A stretch of 64,000 bases of DNA, from the NCBI RefSeq assembly GCF_044704955.1, contig NC_091977.1:333250001-333314000 (forward strand). The letters are read 5' to 3'. The translations under genes were made by a program, and so were the position numbers. This DNA is from Pristiophorus japonicus (lineage: Eukaryota). Of the stretch, positions 49,085 to 60,807 are shown piece by piece. The notes under the pieces were generated by a model that searched no databases, was not told where the DNA came from, and worked only from the letters and a program-made list of their open reading frames with translations. Numbering within the stretch: position 1 is the stretch's first letter; the number at the start of each line of letters is the position of its first letter.

Positions 49085-52000
49085 GCCAGCGGGAGTTCGA
49101 GCAGCGGCCCATAAAAGGGCGCTACCATCGGGGATTGGCCACAGGAATCGCCAGTGGGAGTTCGAGGAGGCAGCTGGTGCAGGGGCAGGGCAGAAGGTAA
49201 ACAAAGAAGTAAAAAGAAATCGAAGTGTGACATCACAGCCAAGCTGGTAAATGATTGGCTAGTGGATTGGTGAATATTTGATCTTTTTCTTCTTTTCTTA
49301 TCAGTAGGAAACCTTTGGCATTGTTGCCAAATTAAGATAATCTAAGGGTTAAGTCATGGCAGGAGAGCCCAGATCCATATCATGCTCCTCCTGTGCTATG
49401 TGGGGAATCAGGGATGCTACCAGTGTCCCTGACTACTATGTGTGCAGGAAGTGTGTCCAGCTGCAGCTCCTGACAGACCGCATTGCGGCACTGCAGCTGC
49501 GCATGGACTCACTCTGGAGCATCCGCGATACTGAGGATGTCGTGAATAGCATGTTTAGTGAGCTGGTCACACCACAGATAAAGGTTACTCAGGCAGAAAG
49601 AGAATGGGTGACCATCAGGCAGAACAGTGGAAGAAAGGAAGTGCAGGGATCCCCTGCAGTCATCTCCCCCAAAACAGATACACCACCTTGGATACTGTTG
49701 GGGTAGATGACTCATCAGGGGAAGGCAGCAGCAGCCAAGTTCATGGCACCATGGGTGGCTCTGCTGCACAGGAGGGTACGAAAAAGGGTGGGAGAGCTAT
49801 AGTGATAGGGGATTCTATTGTAAGGGGAACAGATAGGCGTTTCTGTGGCCGCAAACGAGACTCCAGGATGGTATGTTGCCTCCCTGGTGCAAGGGTCAAG
49901 GATGTCGCGGAGTAGCTGCAGGGCATTCTGGAGGGGGAGGGGGAACAGCCAGCTGTCGTGGTGCATATAGGTACCAACGATATAGGTAAAAAATGGGATG
50001 AGGTCCTGCAAGCTGAATTTAGGGAGCTAGGAGCTAAATTAAAAAGTAGGACCTCAAAGCTAGTAATCCCAAGATTGCTACCAGGGCCACGAGCTAGTCA
50101 GAGTCGGAATTGCAGGATAGTTCAGATGAATACATGGGTTGAGAAATGGTGCAAAGAGGAGGGATTCAAATTCCTGGGACATTGGAACCGGTTCCGGGGA
50201 AGGTGGGACCAATACAAATCGGATGGTCTGCACCTGGGCATGACCGGAACCAATGTCCTAGGCAGAGTGTTTGTTAGTGCTGTTGGGGAGGGGTTAAACA
50301 AATATGCAGGCGGATGGCAACCTCTGCAGGGAGGCAGAGAGAAGTAAAAAGGGACAGAAGCAAAAGGTAGGAAGGAGAAAAACAAGAGTGGAGGACAGAG
50401 AAATCAAGGGCAAAAATCAAAAAGGGCCACATTACAACATAATTGTAAAAGGACAAAGAGTGTTAAAAAAAACAAGTCTGAAGGCTCTGAGTCTCAATGC
50501 GAGGAGCATTCGTAATAAGGTGGAGGAATTAATTGCGCAGACAGCTGTTAACTGATATGATGTAATTGGGATTACGGAGACATGGCTTCAGGGTAACCAA
50601 GGGTGGAAACTCAACATCCAGGGGTATTCAATATTCAGGAAGGATAGACAGGAAGGAAAAGGAGGTGGGGTAGCGTTGCTGGTTAAAGAAGGAAGGACAT
50701 TAGCTTGGATGATGTGGAATCTATATGGGTAGAGCTGCAAAACACCAAAGGGCAGAAAACGTTAGTGGGAGTTGTGTACAGACCACCAAACAATAGTAGG
50801 GAGTTTGGGGATGGCATCAAACAGGAAATTAGGTACGCGTGCAATAAGAGTACATCAGTTAACATGGGTGACTTTAACCTACATATTATTGGGCTAACCA
50901 AACTGGTAGCAATACTGTGGAGGAGGATTTCCTGGAGTGTATAAGGGATGATTTTCTAGACCAATATGTCGAGGAACCAACTAGAGAGCAGGTCATCCTA
51001 AACTGGGACTTGTGCAATGAGAGAGGCTTAATTAGCAATCTGGTCATGCCTGGCCCCTTGGGGAAGAGTGACCATAATATGGTAGATTTCTTTATTAAGA
51101 TGGAGAGTGACACAGTTAATTCAGAGACTTGAGTCCTGAACTTAAAGAAAGGAAACTTCGATGTTATGAGGCGTGATTTGGCTAGGATAGATTGGAGAAT
51201 GATAATTAAATTGTTGACGATGGATAGGCAATGGCAGACATTTAAAGATCACATAGATGAATTACAACTATTGTACATCCCTGTCTGGCGTAAAAATAAA
51301 ACAGGAAAGGTGGCTCAACCGTAGCTAACAAGGGAAATTAGGGATACTCTTAAATCAAAGGAAGAGGCATAAAATTGGTCATAAAAAGCAGGAAACCTGA
51401 GGACTGGGAGAAATTTAGAATTCAGCTGAGGAGGACTAAGGGTTTAATTAGGAGGGGGAAAATAGAGTATGAGAGTAAGCTTGCAGGGAACATAAAAACT
51501 GACTGCAAAAGCTTCTATAGATATGTGAAGAGAAAAAGATTAGTGAAGACGAATGTAGGTCTCTTGCAGTCAGAATCAGGTGAATGCATAATGGGGAACA
51601 ACTAAATAGCAGACCAATTGAACTAATACTTTGGTTCTGTCTTCAGGAAGAATAACCTCCCGAAAATATTAGGGGACCGAGGGTCTAGTGGGAAGGAGGA
51701 ACTGAGGAAAATCCTTATTAGTCAGGAAATGGTGTTAGGGAAACTGATGGGACTGAAGGTCGATAAATCCCCAGGGTTTGATAGTCTGCACCCAGAGTAC
51801 TTAAGGAAGTGGCCCTTGATATAGTAGATGCATTGGTGGTCATTTTCCAAAATTCCATGGACTCTGGATCAGTACCTATGAATTGGAGGGTTGATAATGT
51901 AACCCGACTTTGTAAAAAAGGAGGGAGAGAGAAAACAGGGAATTATAGACCGGTTAGCCTGACATCGGTGGCGGGGAAAATGCTGGAATCAATTATTAAA

Positions 52001-53285
52001 GATGCAATAGCAGCGCATTTGGAAAACAGTGACAGGATCGGTCCAAGTCAGCATGGATTTATGAAAGGGAAATCATGCTTGACAAATCTTCTAGAGTTTT
52101 TTGAGGATGTAACTAGTAGAGTGGATAAGGGAGAACCAGTGGATGTGGTGTATTTGGACTTTCAAAAGGCTTTTGACAAGGTCCCATACAAGAGGTCAGT
52201 GTGCAAAAATAAGGCACATGCTATTGGAGGTAATGTATTGATGTGGATAGAGAACTGGTTGGCAGACAGGAAGCAAAGAGTGGGAATAAACGGGTCCTTT
52301 TCAGAATGATAGGCACTGACTAGTGGGGTACCATAAGGTTCAGTGCTGGGGCCACAGCTATTCACAATATACATTAATGATTGAGACGAAGGAATTGAAT
52401 GTAATATCTCCAAGTTTGCAGATGACACTAAGCTGGGTGGCAGTGTGAGCTGTGAGGAGGATGCTAAGAGGCTGCCGGGTGACTTGGACAGGTTAGGTGA
52501 ATGGGCAAATGCATGGCAGATGTAGTATAATGTGGTGGCAAAAACAGGAGGGCAGATTATTATCTAAATGGTGAAAGATTATTCAAAGGGGAGGTGCATC
52601 GAGACCTGGGTGTCATGGTACATCAGTCACTGAAGGTAGGCATGCAGGTACAGCAGGCGGTGAAGGCGGCAAAAAGCATGCTGGCCTCCATAGCGAGAGG
52701 ATTTAAGTATAGGAGCAGGGAGTTGTAAAGGGCCTTAGTAAGACCACACCTTGAGTGTTGTGTGCAGTTTTGGTCTCCTAATCTGAGGAAGGACGTGCTT
52801 GCTATTGAGGGTATGCAGCGAAGGTTCACCAGACTGATTCCCGTGATGGCAAGACTGACATATGAAGAAAGACTGGATCGGCTAGGCTTATACTCACTGG
52901 AATTTAGAAGAATGAGAGGGGATCTCATAGAAACAAATAAAATTATGACGGGATTGGACAGGTTAGATGCAGGAAGAATGTTCCCGATGTTGGGGAAGTC
53001 CAGAACCAGGGGTCACAGTCTAAGGATAAGGGGTAAGCCATATAAGACCGAGATGAGGAGATTCCATAGGTTCACCCAGAGAGTCCAGTTTGTTGGATAT
53101 ATTACAGAGGGAGTTACATGTGGCCCTTACGGCTAAAGGGATCAAGGGGTATGGAGAGAAGGCGGGAGTGGGGTACTGAAGTTGCATGATCAGCCATAAT
53201 CATATTGAATGGCAGTGCAGGCTCGAAGGTCCGAATGGCCTGCTCCTGCACCTATTTTCTATGTTTCTATGCTCTTATGTTCTTA
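49085..53285 (+). mobile_element. Near full-length degenerate CR1 LINE: 5' UTR, ORF1 (Zn finger/leucine zipper + SGNH esterase), ORF2 (APE + RT), 3' tail
   Basis: 49356.. CSSC..CRKCVQLQLL; IVIGDSIVRG, CCLPGARVKDV, HIGTNDI, DGLHL (SGNH blocks); LSLNARSIRNK (APE); RT motifs; many stops and frameshifts. Confidence 0.92.
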
Positions 53286-53289
53286 TATT

Positions 53290-53760
53290 ATATTATTCTG
53301 CTCTCCGCACCCCCCCACCCCCACTCCCCTTGAGCAGCCTTCTGAGCCATGGTGCTTATTCTGCATTGTGGCTGTCCTCCCCACAGTGTTTCTCCTTGTT
53401 GTTACATCATACCTATTGGATAGGAGCAGTGTCGGTGGGTCCTCCTTCTCAACCTCTCCTAAGGCCCTGCTACCCAGCTCCCTAACAGTCATATTTTCCC
53501 CTTCCTGAACCTGTGCTTTCCTCTGGGGTGGGACTGTACTCTGGATAAAACTGTCCAGAAATTCATCCCACTCCATTATGTTTCGAGTGTCTCTAACTCA
53601 CACTCCAGCTCAATGACTCTGAGTCAGTGACTGAGGGTAGCGACATTTCTTGCAGATGTGGTAATCTAAGACAGTCTCGCTGTCCACATACTCTCACATA
53701 TTACAGTCCCGACACATAGACTGCCCTGCCACCTCTAGACATTTTTATTTATTTATTTGC
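53290..53760 (-). mobile_element. CR1 ORF1 fragment on the minus strand; likely continuous with the esterase piece at ~48860..48975 and the 5' UTR piece at ~59560..59860
   Basis: ORF 53283..53576(-) ..LLLSNRYDV.. parallels PQNRYTTL of the plus-strand ORF1; 48860..48975(-) reads VVMGDSIIRG..CLPGAKV. Confidence 0.6.
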
Positions 53761-53986
53761 TCATTAAAACCTGAACGAATTTAATTATTTGAAGTTTTTA
53801 TTCAAATGATTATTTATCTTATGTTAGAAAATGGTGTAGTGCCAGAGGACTGGCAGATAGCTAACGTAATACCTATATTTAAGAAAGGGAATAGAACATG
53901 TCCGGTGAATTATAGACCAGTCAGCTTAACATCAGTGGAAGGAAACATAATGGAATCCCTACGAAAAGAGAAAATAGAAGAACATC

Positions 53987-56900
53987 TGTTATATATGTGA
54001 ACGTGTATTTACTCTGTACAGCCACCAGAGGGCTCATCCCCTGGAGTCCCAAGGGATCCCATAATCCCTTGGGAGCACAGATATTTAAGGAGGCTTCACA
54101 GGTTGGAGAGGCACTCTGGAGACCTGCAATAAAAGACTACGGTCACACTTTACTTTGAGCTCATACTGTTCAGTCTGACTTTCTCCATACACAATAACTG
54201 GCGAGATACAGATAGCGAAGCCAAAGATGCAGAGAACAGTGGGCATCCTGGAGAAATTTTCGGAGGGAGATGATTGGGAAACTTTTGTGGAGCGACTCAA
54301 CCAATACTTCGTGGCCAACGAGCTAGATGGGGAAGAGAGTACTGCCAAATGAAGGGCGATCCTCCTCACCGTCTGTGGGGCACCAACGTATGGCCTCATG
54401 AAGAATCTACTCACTCCAGCGAAACCCACGGAGAAATTGTACGATGATTTGTGCACAGTGGTCCGAAAGCATTTGAACCCGAAAGAAAGCATTCTGATGG
54501 CGAGGTACCGATTCTACACCTACAAAAGGTCTGAAGGCCAGGAAGTGGCGAGTTATGTCGCTGAGCTAAGACGCCTTGCAGGACATTGCGAATTTGAAGG
54601 ACATTTGGAGCACATGCTCAGAGAACTTTGCGTACTTGGCATTGGCCATGAAACCATACTTCGCAAACTTTTGACTGTAGAGACACCAACCTTGAGTAAG
54701 CGCATAGCGATAGCCCAGGTGTTCATTGCCACCAGTGACAATACAAAGCAAATCTCCCAGCACACAAGTGCTGCTACAAGTACTGTGAACAAAGTGATGT
54801 TGTTTTTGAATTGTAACGTACAGAGCAGTTCATACATACCTGCAGCTGCACGTCCGCAGATGTCTCAGAGTCCATCATCAAGGGTGATGAATGCAAGGCC
54901 ATTAACACCTTGTTGCATTGAGGTGGCGATCATCGTTTCCATTCATGCTGATTCAAAGACTACATTTACAAGGGCTGTGGAACAATGGGACACTTCCAAC
55001 GAGTGTGCAGACGAGCTGCAAAGACTGTTCAACCTGCAAACCACCATGTTACAGAGGAGGACTGATCCATGGAGGTCCACGACGAACCAGAGCATCAGAT
55101 TGAGGAGGCAGAGGTACATGGGGTGCACATATTCATCACAAATTGTCCCCCGATAAAGCAGAATGTTGAACTAAATGGACTTCCGGTGTCAATGGAGCTG
55201 GACACGGGCGTGAGCCAGTCCATCATGGACAAAAAGACCTTTGTGCATGTTGATGCAGGTGAGGGCCTTCTATGATTCCTCCAGTTTCTGCATCATGTAG
55301 GCTGAAGTCAGATCCAGCTTCGTGAACGGTTTTTCTCCCGCCAGCGTTGCAAAGAGGTCAGCGGCCTTTGGCAGTGGGTATTGGTCCTGCGGTGCCCAAG
55401 CTACCACTCTGGGTGGTACCAGGCGATGGTCCCAATTGTTCAGCAGGAGCTGGCTGGGAAAGATACGCTGGAACTGGGATGACGTCCGAGCGCTATCGCC
55501 CACTGCTGACACTTCGTGTGGCCAGGTCTTAAACAAATTTCCTTCGTTGTTTGAACCAGGCATCGGGAAATTCTAAGGAGCAGAAGTGAAGATCCATCTA
55601 ATTCCAGGGGCCCGACCCATCCATCACAAGGCAAGAGCAGTATCGTACGTGATGAGAGAAAGGGTAGCGATCGAGCTAGACCAGCTGCAAAGAGAAGGCA
55701 TCATTTCACCAATTGAGTTCAGCGAGTAGGCCAGTCCTATTGTCCCAGTTCTCAAGGGAGACAGCACCGTCAGAATCTGTGGCGATTACAAAGTAACTAC
55801 CAATCGTTTCTCCCTGCAGGACCAATATCCATTACCAAAGACCGACGACCTCTTTGCGACTCTGGTGGGAGGAAAGACATTCACGAAGCTGGATCTGACT
55901 TCAGCCTACATGACGCAGGAACTGGAGGAATCATCGAAGGCCCTCACCTGCATCAACATGCACAAAGGTCTTTTTGTTTATAGCAGATGCCCGTTTGGAA
56001 TCCGATCAGTGGTGGCGATATTCCAGAGAAACATGGAAAGTTTGCTGAAGTCAGTCCCGCACACCGTGGTCTTCCAGAACGACATCTTGGTCACAGGTCG
56101 GAACATAGTCGAGCACCTGCAGAACCAGGAGGAGGTTCTTGTCAACTCAACTGCGTGGGGCTCAGTTTAAAACGCTTGAAGTGCATTTTCCTGGCGCCTG
56201 AAGTGGAGTTCTTGGGAAGGAGGATTGCGGCGGACGGCATCAGGCCCACCAACGTGAAGACGGAGGCAATCGAGAACACACCGAGGCCACAGAACATGAT
56301 GGAGCTGCGATCATTTCTGGGACTCCTGAACTACTTTGGTAACTTCTTACCGGGTCACAGCACACTGCTAGAACCACTACATGTCTTACTATGAAAAGGG
56401 GGTGAATGGGTTCAGGGCAAATGCCAAGAAAATGCCTTTGTAAAAGCGAGAAAATTATTATGCTCAAACAAATTGCTTGTATTGTATGATCCACGTAAGC
56501 GTTTGGTACTAGCATGTGGTGCGTCATCATGTGGCGTCAGGTGTGTATTGCAACAAGCTTATGATTTCGGGAAACTGCAACCGGTTGCTTATGCATCCAG
56601 GATTCTGTCTAAGGCTGAGAGAGCCTACAGCATGATTGAGAAAGAAGTGTTAGTATGTGTCTATGGGGTAAAGAAAATGCATCAATACCTGTTTGGGCTA
56701 AAATTCGAATTGGAAACTGACCATAAGCCATTTATATCCCTGTTTTCCGAGAGTTAAGGGATAAGTACCAACTATGCCATTTGCCATAGGCCAGGCACAG
56801 AAAACTGCGCTGATGCTCTCAGTAGGCTGCCATTGCCCACCACAAGGGTGGAAATGGCACAGCCTGCAGATCTAGCCTTGGTTATGGAAGCATTTGAGAG

Positions 56901-57709
56901 TGAGCAATCACCCGTCACTGTCCGACAAGCCAGGACCCTTTATTATCTCTAGTCAAAAGCTGTGTGCTTCACGGGAGCTAGTCCAATGTCCCAGTGGAAA
57001 TATAGGAAGAGATAAAGCCGTTACAGCGGCGCAAAAACGAAATGTCTATACAGACAGACTGCCTTCTGTGGGGCAATCGAGTAGTGGTCCCCAAGAAGGG
57101 CAGAGGCACCTTCATCAATTACCTCCACAGTACCCACCCAGGCATCGTAATGATGAAAGCGATAGCCAGATCCCACATGTGGTGGCCCGGTATCGATGCG
57201 GACTTAGAGTCCTGCATTCACAGATGTAATACATGCTCGCAGTTAAGCAATGTACCCAGGGAGGCATCGCTAAGTTTATGGTCTTGGCCCTCCAAACCGT
57301 GGTCTAGGGTACACGTCGACTATGCAGGGGTCATCACATCAGGCAGCCCAGCAAGGCCAGCTGCACAGCAGCCCAACGAGGGCACAACAAATGATTCAAC
57401 AACACCAGCTTTCATACTGAGACGATCAACCAGGGCAAGAAGGGCCCCAGATCGACTCACATTGTAAATAGTTACACTATTGACTTTGTGGGGCAGTGTT
57501 GTTATATATGTGGACTTGTATTTACTCTGTACAGCCACTAGAGGGCTTATCCCCTGGAGTCCCAAGGGATCCCATAATCCCTTGGGAGCACAGGTATTTA
57601 AGGAGGCTTAACAGGTTGGAGAGGCACTCTGGAGACCTGCAATAAAAGACTAAGGTCACACTTTACTTTGAGCTCACAGTGTTCAGTCTAACTCTTTCTC
57701 CATACAAAA
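53987..57709 (+). mobile_element. Gypsy (Mag-type) element, first family; LTRs 53987..~54195 and 57500..~57709; integrase core deleted
   Basis: Paired LTRs, PBS TGGCGA, gag 54398..55156, RT and RNase H; ORF 57042..57467 jumps from VHVDYAG to the C-terminal tail; ACATC flanks both ends. Confidence 0.93.
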
Positions 57710-58486
57710 CATCAAAAACCAAAAATATAGTAATGAATAGTCAGCATGGATTTCAAAAGGGAAATTCTGGTTTGACCAACCTCATTTAATTTTTTGAAGA
57801 GCTATCAGAGAGGGTAGGCAATGCATTGTCTACGTAGATGTAATTTATCTAGATTTTTAAAAGGCCTTTGATAAGCTAGACTGATGAACAAGGTCAGAGA
57901 ATGCGGAGTCAGGGGATAAGTAGCAGAATGGATAGCTAGCTGGCTTCAAGACAGAAAGCAGAGAGTAGGGATAAAAGGTAGCCAATCACAGTGGCAGCAG
58001 ATGGGCAGTGGTGTTCCACAAAGATCAGTGCAGGGAGCACTGTTGTTCACAATTTATAATTACGATTTAGACTTTGGAATCAAAACCACAATTTACACTA
58101 TTTCTAAATTTACAGATGACACCAAATTGGGAGGGTGGGGGGGATAGTCAATACTGAGGAGGGCTGCAAAAAATTACAGGAGGACATTAATAAACTTGCA
58201 GAATGGGCATATAATTGGCAAATGAAGTTCAGCACAGATAAATGTGAGGTATTACATTTTGTTAGGAAGATTAGGGAGGTCACTTATTACTTGGAGGGTG
58301 CGAGGTAGGGTAGAGGAACAAAAGGATTTTGGAGGACAAATACACAAATCACTAAAAGTTGTGACACAAGTTAGCAAGGCTATAAAAATAGCAAACCAAG
58401 CACGAGGGTTTATTTATATAGGTATAGAATTGAAAAATAGGGAAGTTATGTTAAACCTGTATCGAACCTTGGTTAGACCACACTTA

Positions 58487-59002
58487 GGGATAGAAATTTG
58501 CTTTTCAACGAAAACGTTATTTTAACGCCAAAATTACCGTTTTCGCTTTGCTACTGTTAGTAGGCCTGATTTTTAGTCTTTAATTTGCGCAGCGGTAAAA
58601 ATCGACATTGCACGAGGATTCGTGGCGCAAACTGCAAATTTCGGCAACTTTAGTCCGGGGCACTGCGAGAGAGGCCTTGGGAGGGGGAAAAACAACAAAA
58701 CAAAAATTGAAAAAATTAACATTATCAAAACATTCACAAAACCCTTACCTACTAAATCACTGAAAAATAATTTTAAAATAAAAACTTTAATTTACCTTTT
58801 TTGCAAGTCTTCTTACTTACCGCTGCTGGCTGGGCTGCAATGCAGGTTTTTCCCTGTCAGTATTCTGGACACAGAATACGGGCTCGGTGTGAGCCAAATA
58901 TCGGTCAAAAATGCTATTTCGGGTGTTGCACGTTGGCGCTCCTCTCCCCAGCGTGAAATTCTGCCAAAAAGCCCGGTCTCAAAGTCGGGGAAATTCTAAC
59001 CC
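58487..59002. mobile_element. PIF/Harbinger-type MITE (516 bp) with terminal inverted repeats and TTA TSD
   Basis: Starts GGGATAGAAATTT, ends AAATTCTAACCC; TTA at 58484..58486 and 59003..59005; interrupts CR1 coding sequence. Confidence 0.8.
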
Positions 59003-59879
59003 TTAGAGTAGTGCATACAGTTCTGGTCGCCATATTATAAAAAGGATATAGTGGCACTGAAGAGGGTACAGAGAAGATTTACAAGAATGGTACCAGAAAT
59101 GCGAGGGTATACCTATCAGGAAAAGATGAAGAAAGAAGGTTCAGAGAAGGGCTGCAATAAATTAATAGAGGTCTTTAAAATTATGAAAGGTTTTGATTGA
59201 GTAGATACAAAGCGAATGTTTCCACTTGTGGGGAAGAGCATAACTAGAGGTCATCAATATAAGATAGTCATCAAGAAATCCAATAGGGAATTCAATAGAA
59301 AATTCTTACCAAAGTGTGGTGAAAATGTGGAACTCACTACCACAGGGAGTGGTTGAAGCGAATAGTATAGATGCATTTAAGGGGAGGCTAGACAAGCATA
59401 AGATGAAGGAGAGAATAGAGGGTTATGCTGATAGATTTAGATGAGGAAAGATGGGAGGAGGCTCAAGTGGAGCATAAACGCCGGCATGGACTGGTTGGGC
59501 CGAATGACCTGTTCCTGTGTCGTATATCCTATATAATCCTATTTATATTAATGAATTAGCTTATCTAGTTAAGTTATTATTTTAATAAAGTAAGTTATAG
59601 TTCCCCATTTTTTAGTTTAAACCACTGCCTATCTTAGAGTAAGAAAGCTGTAATACTCATCAACCAATCACCTACCTGCTGACCTGTGATATCACTCCTT
59701 GAATTTTTTTGCTCTCTAGCTCCATTCCTTTTTCTCTGATCTGCCACCACCACTGTTTAAATCTCCTCAGGCCTCTCCCATGTCGTTCCGCATTGAGATG
59801 AAGACATGAGCAGAGCAGTAGTTCAAAACAACTACTAGATAGGGTGTGCTGCTCACTTCTCAAGCAAGGTGCTGAAAGA

Positions 59880-60350
59880 CGTTCCGGGATGTGGGCATTT
59901 ATTGTGCACCCCTAATTGCCCTTGAGAAGGTAGTGGTGAGCCGCCTTCTTGAACCGCTGCAGTCCATATGGTGGAGGTACTCCCACAGTGCTGTTAGGGA
60001 GGAAGTTCCAGGATTTTGACCCAGCGACAATGAAAGAATGGTGATATACTTTCAAGTCAGGATGGTGTGTAACTTGATGGGGAACTTGCACATGATGGTG
60101 CTCCCATACACCTGCTGCCTTTGTCCTTTCTAGGTGGTAGAGGTTGTGGGTTTGGGAGGTGCTGCCGAAGAAGTATTGACGAGTTTCTGCAGTGCATCTT
60201 GTAGATGGTACACACTGGAGACATGGTACGCCGGTGGTGGAGGGAGTGAATGTTCAAGGTGGTGGATGGGTTACCAATCCACCGAACTGCTTTGTCCTGG
60301 ATGGTGTCGAGCTTCTTGAGTGTTGTAGGAGCTGCACACATCTAGGCGAG
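59880..60350 (-). mobile_element. Non-LTR retrotransposon 3' fragment (clade uncertain)
   Basis: ORF 60057..60341(-) LKKLDTIQDKAVR..IHSLHHRR..YKMH is an RT C-terminal region. Confidence 0.65.
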
Positions 60351-60807
60351 TGGATCTCCAGACCCTGAAATTCCATGCAGAGAGTTGTGAAGATTTGCGC
60401 CAATTTGACAGGAATTTCAGCCACAGATGCTCCACAGGGCTGAATCTGGGAAAATTTACTCCGTCAGCTCATTTACATAGCCATCACAGGTTGTCCAACA
60501 CAAATGCGGTGAAAATAGGCGTAAGGTGCTGAGGGTTCTTGTAAATTAGAATGCAGCCTTTAAAAAGCCAAGTCCGGTTGAATATTTCAACAGCAACACA
60601 CTTCACCCTCTAAAATTAACAGCTGTACAACTAACCCTGACACTGTACTCAGGTTCAGTGGGCACTAAGTCAGTATGAGTCACCATCTCACCTAACAGCA
60701 ATACATAACCTAAAAGCCCCTTCCTGCACCGAATGATATCACCACATCTTCCATCAGCTGCCTGATGCGAATCAGACCTCAGTTGCCTCGATGCCTGAAA
60801 TGAGAAG

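Larger units (their letters stand above)
53800..59540 (+). mobile_element. Old CR1 RT fragment split by a Gypsy (53987..57709) and a MITE (58487..59002)
   Basis: VPEDWQIANVIPIFKKG..NYRPVSLTS before the Gypsy, SQHGF and later RT motifs after it; LVRPHL|E split by the MITE. Confidence 0.85.

Noticed and set aside
49715-50290. SGNH hydrolase motifs suggesting a host esterase gene
   Set aside because: They lie in CR1 ORF1, where an esterase domain is a known feature, and the frame is disrupted.
54348-54353. Same early TGA in gag of two Gypsy copies (also 41117 and 41517), suggesting programmed readthrough
   Set aside because: More simply CGA to TGA CpG decay or shared ancestry; the related family has CAA there and the elements carry many other lesions.
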